Of a stretch of DNA of 64,000 nt, positions 8,521 through 17,987 are shown in pieces. This DNA is from Candidatus Saccharibacteria bacterium UBA6664 (GTDB taxonomy: Bacteria > Patescibacteriota > Saccharimonadia > Saccharimonadales > Saccharimonadaceae). The notes beneath the pieces were generated by a model. That model worked only from the letters and a program-made list of their open reading frames with translations, did not search any database and was not told the DNA's origin. Within the stretch, counting starts at the first letter, position 1. Each line of letters begins with the position of its first letter. The position numbers and the translations under genes were made by a program. The stretch covers positions 50,850 through 114,849 of the forward strand of contig DKKO01000006.1 of assembly GCA_002455275.1 (NCBI GenBank), given 5' to 3'.

Positions 8521-10287
8521 ATGAAACGCATTTGGGGGCTACTGGTAGTTTTAAGTGCGCTTGCATCGACGCAAGTTCAGCTTGTGGGGGCAATCGATAC
8601 CCAAAACTTCCATTTTTCGAGCTTCAAAGCAGAGTATCAGCTGGGTCGCGACAAAGAGAAGCGATCGATACTGACGACCAAAGAAACATTGGTTGCTGAA
8701 TTCCCAGAGTATGACCAAAACCACGGCATCGAACGGGCAATTCCAAAGACCTACAATGGTCATAGCACTAGCCTCGATATTGTTTCGGTGCGCAAAGAAA
8801 ATGGCGACCCATGGAAGTTTACTACCTATGAGTCAAATGGCAATGAAGTGTTGCGAATCGGTGACGCAAACAGCTATGTACGTGGCAAGCAAACCTATGT
8901 AATTACCTACATGCAGCGCGATGTTACGCAGTATTTCAAAGATACCAACGACGATGAATTTTACTGGGACACCAACGGCACACAGTGGGCTCAGGCGTTT
9001 CAACATGTTGAAGCAACCATCACCTTGCACGAATCACTCAAAAATGCTCTAACCAGCCAGTTCTCTTGCGCACAAGGCGCCAGTGGCTCAACAGAACCGT
9101 GCGATATTATCCAAAATGAAAACGGTAGCATTAGTATGCGTGCTACGCGACCAATGATGGCGTACGAAAATGCAACTTTCGCGATTGGCTTCAAGCCCAA
9201 CACGTTTGCTCCTTACAAGCCATCGTTTGCCGAACAGGTTGCGATGCTGTGGGGAAGAGCGCAGACGGTGCTTATTCCTCTGGGTATTGTGCTTACTGTT
9301 TGGTTATTTGTAAAAGCCTACAAGATTACTACCAGGAAGAATGAAGTTGGGCCTATCGCGCCTGAATATATTCCGCCGAAAGACATAAGTGTTACGGCAG
9401 CAGCTGTGCTTGGCGCTGGCACTCGTTTGGTCATGGCGGCGCAGCTACTTGATTTAGCGGTTCGACATTACGTAAAACTGTACGAAGTAAAAGAGAAGAA
9501 GTGGTATCGTGCTGCTGAATACGAGATTGAAGTTATAAAAGATGTCAGCAAGCTAACGTGGGAAGAAAAAGAACTGCTGAGTGATAGCTTCGGCAAATTA
9601 CCAGCAGTAGGCGAGCGCTTGAACCTCAAAACACTTAAAAATAGCACATCATACTACTCAAGAACATTGAACAACGATAGCGACTTACAAAAACTCGTTC
9701 GCGGTGATTATGGGCTGAAAAAAGAAGATGTAGCTGCTAAAAAATGGTTCCGAAAAGTTGCAGTGATTCTGCTTCTTGCATCTGTAGTACTATTTTCACC
9801 AATATTATTCGTGCCAAGCATCATCGCCTTTATTTTGTCGTTTACCATGTGGCCACTGACAGACAAAGGCTTGGCGGTATATCGATATTTGGAGGGGTTG
9901 AAACTGTACATTAAAGTGGCCGAAGACGAGCGCATAAAGATGTTGCAGAGCCCCGAAACAGCAGAAAAAGTACCCGAGGCTAGCGAAGCAGCTACTGATA
10001 CGAAAAAAAGGATAACATTATACGAAAAGGTACTGCCGTATGCCGTATTGTTTGGACTTGAAAAAGAATGGAACAAGCAACTTGGTCAATATTATGAACA
10101 GGTGGGCACAGACCCATCATGGTATTCGGGCCATTCAAGCGCGATGAATGCGGCGATCTTTAGCTCGGCGATTAACGGATTTTCGACAACAACCAACTAC
10201 GCAAGCTCAAGTAGCTCAAGCTCTGGTGGCTCGAGCGGTGGTTCTTCTGGCGGCGGTGGAGGCGGCGGTGGAGGCGGCGGCTGGTAG
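8521..10287 (+). CDS. DUF2207-like membrane protein with Ser/Gly-rich C-terminal tail
   Basis: Signal peptide, large ectodomain, TM segments, and the tail SSSSSSSGGSSGGSSGGGGGGGGGGGW typical of DUF2207 proteins. TACAAT at 8509-8514 is followed by 6 nt and then the ATG. Confidence 0.7.
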   Translation: MKRIWGLLVVLSALASTQVQLVGAIDTQNFHFSSFKAEYQLGRDKEKRSILTTKETLVAEFPEYDQNHGIERAIPKTYNGHSTSLDIVSVRKENGDPWKFTTYESNGNEVLRIGDANSYVRGKQTYVITYMQRDVTQYFKDTNDDEFYWDTNGTQWAQAFQHVEATITLHESLKNALTSQFSCAQGASGSTEPCDIIQNENGSISMRATRPMMAYENATFAIGFKPNTFAPYKPSFAEQVAMLWGRAQTVLIPLGIVLTVWLFVKAYKITTRKNEVGPIAPEYIPPKDISVTAAAVLGAGTRLVMAAQLLDLAVRHYVKLYEVKEKKWYRAAEYEIEVIKDVSKLTWEEKELLSDSFGKLPAVGERLNLKTLKNSTSYYSRTLNNDSDLQKLVRGDYGLKKEDVAAKKWFRKVAVILLLASVVLFSPILFVPSIIAFILSFTMWPLTDKGLAVYRYLEGLKLYIKVAEDERIKMLQSPETAEKVPEASEAATDTKKRITLYEKVLPYAVLFGLEKEWNKQLGQYYEQVGTDPSWYSGHSSAMNAAIFSSAINGFSTTTNYASSSSSSSGGSSGGSSGGGGGGGGGGGW

Positions 10288-10330
10288 CTTTGCCAACCTC
10301 TGGCTGCTATACTTAATGTAACAACCACAT

Positions 10331-11248
10331 GTGGAGGGACAAACGGTGGCGGACTCAATAGCGATTAATGTTGAAGGCGTGAGCAAGCGTTTTGGCAAAA
10401 CGTTAGCGCTCGATCAAGTATCATTTCAGGTAAAACCTGCCACCGTTCATGGTTTTTTGGGTCCAAACGGTGCCGGCAAAACAACAACTATCAAGCTCCT
10501 GATGGACTTTATTCGACCATCTAAGGGTAAGCTTGAAATATTGGGTAAAGACACGCGAGCTAATAGCGTGGTACTAAAACGACGAATTGGTTACTTATCG
10601 GGCGATTTTGAACTGTACAACAATCTCACCGGTTCACAGTACATAAAATATATGAGCCATCTTTCAGGAGTGAAGAACCAAAGCCGCACGCTGGAATTAG
10701 TAGAAGACCTAAACGCCGTAATGGACAGAAAAATTGGCTTGCTCTCGAGAGGAAACAAGCAAAAGATTGGGCTGATCGCTGCATTAATGAATGACCCAGA
10801 TATTTTGATTCTTGACGAACCAACGACTGGCCTCGACCCTTTAATGCAACAAAAGTTTTACAAAGCCGTGCGTGACCATGCAAAGCGAGGCAAAACCGTG
10901 TTTATGTCTTCGCACATCCTTAGTGAAGTACAAGAAGTATGTGACCACGTGACATTCATGAAGAAGGGTAAGGTACTCGAAACCGTCGAAGTAAGTAATC
11001 TGCTCGCAAAGGCAACCAGGCGAGTTGTTCTGACCGTAGATAAAAATGTGACGATGATGGCACCGCCAAAGGTGTTGGGGGCAAGCAACGTCTCTCACAC
11101 CAAGCACACTCTCAGCTTTGACGTGCCCCAGGCTGATAGAAAAGTAATGCGCTGGATAGCAATGCAGCCAGTAAAAGATGTAACGATCAACGAGGCTGAT
11201 CTAGATAGTGTATTTATGAATTTGTACGAAGACGAGGAGGAAGTGTGA
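10331..11248 (+). CDS. ABC transporter ATP-binding protein (ABC-2 type)
   Basis: Walker A GPNGAGKTT, signature LSRGNKQK, Walker B ILILDEPT. GTG start; the exact start is uncertain. Confidence 0.9.
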   Translation: MEGQTVADSIAINVEGVSKRFGKTLALDQVSFQVKPATVHGFLGPNGAGKTTTIKLLMDFIRPSKGKLEILGKDTRANSVVLKRRIGYLSGDFELYNNLTGSQYIKYMSHLSGVKNQSRTLELVEDLNAVMDRKIGLLSRGNKQKIGLIAALMNDPDILILDEPTTGLDPLMQQKFYKAVRDHAKRGKTVFMSSHILSEVQEVCDHVTFMKKGKVLETVEVSNLLAKATRRVVLTVDKNVTMMAPPKVLGASNVSHTKHTLSFDVPQADRKVMRWIAMQPVKDVTINEADLDSVFMNLYEDEEEV

Positions 11249-12048
11249 TGTTTAGGAGCATTTTCACTAAAACTCTCTATGACAAGCGTTGGTTTATGTT
11301 GGGCTGGGGACTTGGCGCGGTATCGCTATTGGCTCTGACTGCGGCATTTTTCCCAAGCCTTAGCGGAAACGGCATGGACGCGTTAGTAAAGTCTTTGCCA
11401 CCAGAGCTTGAAGGTATACTCGGTGATGTAGAAGATTGGTCGACATATCCAGGCTATTTGGCCAGTGCAGTGTTTGGCTTACGAGGCGAAATGTTGTTTG
11501 TGCCGATGGCGATACTTCTTGGTGTCGGCCTTGGTATGGGAGACGAATCAAATCGTCGGTTGTATCAATTGCTTGCCAAGCCAGTGTCACGTAGAAGAGT
11601 CGTGCTTGAACGATGGCTCGCCGGGCTCGTGGTTATAGCCGTAGTAACAGGTATCGTATACGCGAGTCTGGTGGTGGTCAGCCCGATGATTGGTGAAGAC
11701 GTGCCGTATGAGCTATTAAACGGGATTACTGTGATTACTGCACTGTTCACGGCTGCGCTATTTTCGCTAACCTATGGCCTTGGCGTTGCTACCGGCCGCA
11801 AAAACCTAGCGATTTTGGTGCCTGTTGTATGGACGATGGGCAGTTTGTTAGTGGATGCGTTTAAGTTGCAAATAGATTGGCTAAAAGACCTCGAGTGGGT
11901 ATCACTACTCAGCTACTACAAAACAGCAGATCTCGTGCATGACGATATTAATCTGAACCATGTGGTGGTACTTGGTTGTATAGCATTGATATCGCTAATC
12001 GTAGCATTAATTGCATTTCAAAATAGAGATATTCACGAGGAGGCCTAG
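11245..12048 (+). CDS. ABC-2 family permease
   Basis: 267 aa and about 6 TM. Overlaps the upstream ATPase at GTGATG, suggesting translational coupling. Confidence 0.75.
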   Translation: MMFRSIFTKTLYDKRWFMLGWGLGAVSLLALTAAFFPSLSGNGMDALVKSLPPELEGILGDVEDWSTYPGYLASAVFGLRGEMLFVPMAILLGVGLGMGDESNRRLYQLLAKPVSRRRVVLERWLAGLVVIAVVTGIVYASLVVVSPMIGEDVPYELLNGITVITALFTAALFSLTYGLGVATGRKNLAILVPVVWTMGSLLVDAFKLQIDWLKDLEWVSLLSYYKTADLVHDDINLNHVVVLGCIALISLIVALIAFQNRDIHEEA

Positions 12049-12049
12049 C

Positions 12050-12760
12050 ATGATAGAAATTCAGAATATTACCAAAACATACGGTAAAAAGGCGAATGCA
12101 TTTACCGCGCTTGATGACGTAAGTTTTACTGTACCAAGTGGGGCTAGTGTTGCGATTGTCGGCAAGTCAGGATCTGGCAAAAGCACGCTGATGCACATAA
12201 TGAGCGGGCTCGATAAACCATCTAGCGGTTCAATCGTGGTAGATAACCAAGATATTTCACAACTAAAAAGCAAAGCGCTCGATAGGTTCCGTGCAGAGAA
12301 AATCGGCTTTATTTTTCAAGCGTTTTTCGTGCAGGCAAATGAAACCTGTATGCAAAATGTTAGTCTACCACTAGAGATAGCACGAGTAGCTCGAGGAAGC
12401 CGAAAAAAGCGAATCGCTGAAGCATTGAATCAAGTAGAACTAAGTGAAAAGGCAACCACTAAGGCTCGCAATCTTTCTGGTGGTCAAAAGCAGCGACTTG
12501 CGATAGCGCGTGCAATCGTAAACAAACCAAGTATTATTTTCGCCGATGAGCCTACGGGTAACCTAGACAGCGCTACCGGTGAAAAGGTAGAAAAACTGTT
12601 ATTCGAATTTAATAAGCAACTTGGCAGTACACTGGTTGTTGTAACACACGACGCAGACTTAGCGAAAAAATGTGACATGCAAATTCACATCAAAGATGGT
12701 TCGATTACACGAATAGAGACAGCGAAAAAGAATGTGCCAGCGAAAGGAGGTGCGAAATGA
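12050..12760 (+). CDS. ABC transporter ATP-binding protein (MacB/LolD/FtsE-like)
   Basis: Start moved to ATG 12050 ([12 protein letters not shown]) because SD GAGGAGG precedes it. Walker [10 protein letters not shown], signature LSGGQKQR, Walker B IIFADEPT. Confidence 0.9.
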   Translation: MIEIQNITKTYGKKANAFTALDDVSFTVPSGASVAIVGKSGSGKSTLMHIMSGLDKPSSGSIVVDNQDISQLKSKALDRFRAEKIGFIFQAFFVQANETCMQNVSLPLEIARVARGSRKKRIAEALNQVELSEKATTKARNLSGGQKQRLAIARAIVNKPSIIFADEPTGNLDSATGEKVEKLLFEFNKQLGSTLVVVTHDADLAKKCDMQIHIKDGSITRIETAKKNVPAKGGAK

Positions 12761-14133
12761 GAATGCTTGATATCATCACGCGCGCCGGACGTAGCCTCAA
12801 GAACGCCAAGGCGCGGACACTTCTGACCAGCTTAGCCATTGCTGTGGGGGCATTTACCTTAACGATTACCTTAGCAGCGGGCAATGGTATCCGCGAATAT
12901 ACCGACCGATTAATTGCGAATAATTTTGACCCTGCCGAATCAATCGTCGGGCGTGACAAAGAAGTAGAAAACACAGGCGCACCCGATACATCGCCGAAGG
13001 AATATGACTCATCTGTCGCCAATGTATCTTTTGGCGGTGGCGGTGGTAGTATGCAGGTAAAGCAGGTGACCGACAAAGATATTAAAGAGCTCAAATCACT
13101 TTCGTATGTAGAGTCTGTTCGGCCAAATTATGAAATAGCTGCACGCTATATTACCCGAACTGGACAGAAAAAGTATACGCTCAGTTTGCAAGCCTACAAC
13201 CCTGGTCAGAAACCAGAAACCGAAGCCGGCTCGGCACCAACCACCGATGTGGTAAAAGGCACCGTCTTGTTGCCAAAAGAATACGTGAAGCTACTTAAGT
13301 TTGACTCTGCCAAAGACGCGATAGGTAAAACGGTGAAGGTGACGATTGAACGACCGTTTACTGAAGAGACACTAAAAGAATTTGTTGCGCAGTCGATGAT
13401 GGGGCAGGCGCCTACTACACAACCAACCCAAGAGACAAAGACAATTAGTCTGAAGGTAGCGGCGGTTACGAAAAAAGGTGCTGCGGCACTTTCACCAGCG
13501 GGGTTGCCTTTGCTCCTTAATGCCAAAGATGCAAAGAGTATGTACGACTACACCACAAAAGGGACCAACCAGTACGGTAAATACCTGTACGCATCTGTTC
13601 GAATCAAGGGCGGTGAGAATGATACTACGGCAGCTGCTGCCAAGAAAAAGCTGAAAAAGCTCGATTATTACGTAATGACGAGCCAGGAGCTACAGCAGAC
13701 AATTGGCCAGTTTGTCGACGTGCTACAAATACTGGTTGGTGTGTTTGGTGTGATTACGGTTATCGCCAGCGTGTTTGGCATCATTAACACAATGTACATT
13801 TCGGTGCTTGAGAGAACCCGTGAAATCGGGCTTATGAAAGCACTTGGTATGCGAGGACGAAGTGTCGCGTGGTTGTTCAGGCTCGAAGCAGCGTGGATTG
13901 GCATGATAGGTGGTGTGCTGGGCGCTTTGGGAGCGTTTGTCTTAGGCGTGTCGCTCAACCCATGGATTACAAAGACGCTCAGTTTAGGCAAGGGTAATGA
14001 TTTACTTATTTTTGACCTTGCACAAATTGTTGGCTTGATAGTGATTCTTACCGTGGTCGCAATCGTCGCCGGTTGGTTACCTGCGAGAAAAGCAGCCAAG
14101 CTCGACCCGATCGAAGCCCTGCGTACAGAGTAA
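12757..14133 (+). CDS. FtsX/MacB-type ABC permease with large extracytoplasmic domain
   Basis: N-terminal TM, an ectodomain of about 270 aa, and a C-terminal FtsX-like 3-TM bundle (ERTREIGLMKALGMR). ATGA overlap with the ATPase. Confidence 0.85.
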   Translation: MRMLDIITRAGRSLKNAKARTLLTSLAIAVGAFTLTITLAAGNGIREYTDRLIANNFDPAESIVGRDKEVENTGAPDTSPKEYDSSVANVSFGGGGGSMQVKQVTDKDIKELKSLSYVESVRPNYEIAARYITRTGQKKYTLSLQAYNPGQKPETEAGSAPTTDVVKGTVLLPKEYVKLLKFDSAKDAIGKTVKVTIERPFTEETLKEFVAQSMMGQAPTTQPTQETKTISLKVAAVTKKGAAALSPAGLPLLLNAKDAKSMYDYTTKGTNQYGKYLYASVRIKGGENDTTAAAAKKKLKKLDYYVMTSQELQQTIGQFVDVLQILVGVFGVITVIASVFGIINTMYISVLERTREIGLMKALGMRGRSVAWLFRLEAAWIGMIGGVLGALGAFVLGVSLNPWITKTLSLGKGNDLLIFDLAQIVGLIVILTVVAIVAGWLPARKAAKLDPIEALRTE

Positions 14134-14134
14134 A

Positions 14135-14163
14135 TTGACTTTTATTAGCGTAAGTGGTATAAT
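14135..14163 (+). promoter_or_regulatory. Consensus promoter driving a leaderless mRNA
   Basis: TTGACT(14135-40), a 17-nt spacer, TATAAT(14158-63), 6 nt, then ATG(14170). Confidence 0.7.
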
Positions 14164-14169
14164 GGATTT

Positions 14170-14856
14170 ATGGCTATTCATCCAGCAGATAGGATTATCG
14201 AACGAACTGACCACAGCTGGGCTAACTTAAATGCCGCATTTGGTGCGGTCTTGGAGGAGCACCCGCCTGCACGAGTGCTAGACGTAGGAGCTGGTGATAG
14301 TGACTTTGCCGAAGTTAGTATTGATGGGGGTAGGAGCGTTGCTCGGCTCGATCCTGACTATGCAACAAATCCACCTGCAGGCCAAGATTGGCATGTAGGC
14401 TCTGCAGAAGCAATTCCTTTTCCTGATAAAAGCTTTGACGCGGTCATCAGCGCATTTTTGATGCAGCATCTATCGCCCGAACAGCAGGCAGAAGCAATCC
14501 GGGAAATGATTCGAGTTACTGTGCCACATTCAGAAGAATCACTCGGTGCTGTGGGTATTTACCCGGTTTACCAAGAATCAAAACTTGATCGCCAACTTGC
14601 TCGCGATGGTCTTTCGCATACGGTAGTCCAGCGATTAAATTATGAAGCTTTTGAGCGTTTACCGATAGGTGTTAAGCGAAAATATCCCACAATTTGGATT
14701 CCGCACACAACACTGCTTGACGATGGCAACACTATAGACAGGCTTTCAAGAAGTATAGCAGAGAGCGGTGCTTTAAATCGGAGACAAAATCTTCGTGACA
14801 TAGGGCGTCGCATGGTTATGCGGTCTCAACAGACAAATATATCGCACGTCAGGTAG
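14170..14856 (+). CDS. Class I SAM-dependent methyltransferase
   Basis: SAM-binding motif VLDVGAGDS, followed by FDAVISAFLMQHL. Confidence 0.75.
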   Translation: MAIHPADRIIERTDHSWANLNAAFGAVLEEHPPARVLDVGAGDSDFAEVSIDGGRSVARLDPDYATNPPAGQDWHVGSAEAIPFPDKSFDAVISAFLMQHLSPEQQAEAIREMIRVTVPHSEESLGAVGIYPVYQESKLDRQLARDGLSHTVVQRLNYEAFERLPIGVKRKYPTIWIPHTTLLDDGNTIDRLSRSIAESGALNRRQNLRDIGRRMVMRSQQTNISHVR

Positions 14857-14918
14857 ACTATACAGCTTATATCGCTTATGTTACAGTAATACTGTAAATC
14901 GTTCATCTACACAAAAAT

Positions 14919-16700
14919 ATGAGTAACAAGGTGGTACAAGTTGTGCTTGGTGGCGTGCTTTCGTTTGTATGCGCGCTGGTTTTGCATAGTTCTGCGCACG
15001 CGGCCACCATTAGCCCTAGCGTCACTACTGCAACGGGTGGACCAACCGACTGTACGCTTGATGATGCATTTGCTGCAGCCCAAACCAACGCTGCGGTAAA
15101 TGGATGTCCGGCTGGGCAGGCTTACCCAGTAGTGGACGTTATCTCGCTTGGGTCTGCTATTTATCATATGCAACAGACCATTACCAACGACGAGGCATTT
15201 TCTGTAAACGGAGTAAGCAAATCTGCATCTCGAATCGTGCTCGATAATGATTTGTCGCCCTCTTGGTTTCTCGATGCTACAGTGGCCCACCCAGGCAGCG
15301 AGACACACGCATTTACTTTTCAGAATGTAACAATCGATACGCCTGATTACACAAATTCCCGGATTGTTATAAATGGCGACTCGATAGCTTCTCTTACAGT
15401 TCGCCATGTTAACTTCGTTAGTACAACTCTTGGTCAGGCAGGGACACAAGTACTCGCGGCTAATGACAATAGTACGGTAACGATTAGCTACGATGATGTC
15501 ACTACATGAGCAATAAGTATCAGCCAAGACGATACTGCACAAGTAACTACTACCATTGGCGACTCTAGCTTTACCAGTGACGATTCAGTATATCTAGGCC
15601 TCATCACTATTTTCTCTACGTCAAGTCGAGCGGGTGATACTACTATTACAGATAGTGAACTCGACGGCAAAAACTCTATGTATTATGGTTTATTGCACTA
15701 CAACACTAATGCAAATGCCCGAGTAGACTTTGAGAATTCTAGCGTTACAAATGTACCAGTTGGACTAAGCAATGTTGAATGTTTGCTCGATAGTGCCCTT
15801 AGTGCTGGGTCGTTATATGTGACGAATTCAATGATTGGTGGAAATATGAAAATTGGCCTTAACCTTGGATGTGGCCATGCACGGGTTCAAGACTCAACGT
15901 TTAATGACATTGATGGAAGCGCGGTGGTGGCGCATACAAATTCTACCAATGTGGCAACTACTCGGTTTAACAGCCGCTTTGAATCGTACAATACAACCTA
16001 TGTGAACATTCGCCCAGACGATAGCTACTACAGTGATTTTGCGTATGTAATGCCAGCAGTAAATTTGAACGCAGTAATTTTGATTGAAACAGACAACTCG
16101 GGAACAACTGCTACCGGTTCACGAATCGATATTACTCACAATACTTTCGCTAACAACACGCTCGGCTCTTACCCGAATATTCGTTTTAATAGCGCAGCAT
16201 CACTTGCCGTGTTTGCCCTACGCAATAATGCGTTTGAGGGTACGGCGATAAACGGCAGTTACAGTGCCACCGCCAACACTGTTTCAAACAACCTTACCAC
16301 CGCTACCGCGCGGAGTGGGATTGCGCACGTTGAAGATTTGGTACTGGGCGCATTAGCTGATAATGGGGGAGCCGCTGAGATTGGCGTAAATGGTGCAGGG
16401 GGCAATGTGCTAACCATGCTGCCGTTGGCGGCAAGCCCCCTCATTGACGGTGCGCCGTACGCAGGGCAAAATTCGGACGAACGAGGAGTAACTCGAAGTT
16501 TAATGGGCGCCTATGACGTGGGCGCGGTAGAAATAACAGAAGCCGAATACGAGGCGTTAGGCGACGTATGGCCACTGCCAACAGCGCCCGATTCTGGCGT
16601 TGGTGTAGCTAGTTCCGACGTCGCAGGCCGCGTTTTACCTATTGCTGCTGTGTTCATCATGGTCGCAATTGTGTTGGTTCGTCGAACTCGCCAAAGTTAA
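14919..16700 (+). pseudogene. Secreted, C-terminally anchored beta-helix surface protein interrupted by one in-frame TGA (15507-15509)
   Basis: ORFs 14919-15509 and 15678-16700 share a frame. My codon-by-codon read shows 15510-15677 is open. Signal peptide ...HSSAHA. N-terminal CTLDDAFAAAQTN motif. C-terminal LGALADNGG...LPLAASPLIDG motif. Terminal TM followed by RRTRQS. Confidence 0.6.
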
Positions 16701-16740
16701 TAGAGTGCACTTGAGGGGTAAATGAGGTATAATCTAAGCC

Positions 16741-17985
16741 ATGTTAGATATTCGTTTTATTCGTGAGAATGCAGAGAAGGTTCAGGAATCAGCCAAACAA
16801 AAAGGCTACGATGTTTCGATAACAAAGCTTTTGGAGCTTGATGATTCTCGGCGTGGCGTGCAACAACAGCTGGATGAACTACGTGAAAAACGAAATGCAA
16901 ATGCTGCGAAAATGAAGGGTGGTAAACCCGATGAAGCAACTATCGAAGAGGGTAAGCAGATCAAGACTGAGCTAGCTGAATACGAGAAGCAATTCGAGTC
17001 TATCGATGGCGAGTTCCAAGGCCTACTTTCAGCAGTGCCAAACATTACCCTAGAAGACGTGCCGCTGGGTGGCGAAGAAGACAGTGTAGAGATTAAAAAA
17101 ATTGGTGAACAAAAAACTGGTGCAGTCGATCATCTTGATTTCGCTTTAAAGAGAGATTGGGTAGATTTTGAGCGCGGTGCAAAAGTAGCTGGCGCGAAAT
17201 TTTACTTCCTGAAAGATGAGCTTGCGCTATTAGAGCAAGCGCTTATCCAGTACGGCATCAATTTTGTCACCCAAAAAGGCTTCCGTTTTCTTACGGTGCC
17301 ACATATGGTCAATAGCCAAACAGCTGAAGGAGCCGGCTTCGCACCGAAAGGCGACGCCAGCGGAAACGAATATTTCGTGGAAGATACAAACCTGACCATG
17401 ATTGGAACCGCTGAAGCTCCGTTGACTGGTTACCACGCCGGCGAAATCTTAAATGAGGACGAGTTGCCACTTTTGTACGCAGGATTAAGCCCTTGTTACC
17501 GAAAAGAAGCAGGTACGTATGGCAAGCACACACGTGGGCTATTTCGTGTGCACCAATTTAACAAACTCGAGATGTACGCCTTTACGTTGCCAGAACAAAG
17601 TAAAGAAATGCACGAGCGGATTTTGCAGCTAGAAGAGGAGCTTTGGCAAAGCCTCGGTATTTCGTACCATGTTATCAATATTGCCGCGGGCGATTTAGGG
17701 TCTCCTGCTGCGAAAAAATATGATCTTGAGTATTGGTCTCCGGTTGACGGTACGTACCGTGAGCTAACCAGCTGCAGTAATTGTACTGACTTCCAGGCGC
17801 GCAATTTGAACATTCGTGTTCGTCGCAAAGACGGTACTGTTGAAGTCGTTCACACCTTGAATGGTACCGCTATATCACTAGCTCGTGGCTTGATTACAAT
17901 TCTAGAGAACTACCAAAACGAGGATGGCACACTCAACGTGCCTGAAGCTCTTAAACCTTACTTTGGCGGTCGAGAGAGGCTATAG
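16741..17985 (+). CDS. serS: Seryl-tRNA synthetase
   Basis: 414 aa. Coiled-coil N-arm and class II core (FRVHQFNKLEMY, LNGTAISLARGL). TATAAT at 16728-33 is followed by 7 nt and then the ATG. Confidence 0.95.
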   Translation: MLDIRFIRENAEKVQESAKQKGYDVSITKLLELDDSRRGVQQQLDELREKRNANAAKMKGGKPDEATIEEGKQIKTELAEYEKQFESIDGEFQGLLSAVPNITLEDVPLGGEEDSVEIKKIGEQKTGAVDHLDFALKRDWVDFERGAKVAGAKFYFLKDELALLEQALIQYGINFVTQKGFRFLTVPHMVNSQTAEGAGFAPKGDASGNEYFVEDTNLTMIGTAEAPLTGYHAGEILNEDELPLLYAGLSPCYRKEAGTYGKHTRGLFRVHQFNKLEMYAFTLPEQSKEMHERILQLEEELWQSLGISYHVINIAAGDLGSPAAKKYDLEYWSPVDGTYRELTSCSNCTDFQARNLNIRVRRKDGTVEVVHTLNGTAISLARGLITILENYQNEDGTLNVPEALKPYFGGRERL

Positions 17986-17987
17986 AA

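Noticed and set aside
15507-15509. The in-frame TGA read as Gly (genetic code 25, as in Gracilibacteria/SR1) or as selenocysteine
   Set aside because: The window encodes RF2 with an SPF motif, and many well-defined genes terminate at TGA (for example 2142-44, 11246-48, 12758-60, and the ATGA junctions at 39726 and 40100). The downstream hairpin is only 6 bp and does not resemble a bacterial SECIS. No sel genes are visible. I kept it as a pseudogene/readthrough question instead.
14907-15542. 211-aa minus-strand ORF antisense to the surface-protein gene. Similar long antisense ORFs occur at 20980-21555, 25276-25887 and 58173-58886.
   Set aside because: They lie entirely inside well-supported plus-strand genes. 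They have no start signals, and their products are Cys/Arg/His-rich low-complexity sequences typical of shadow ORFs.
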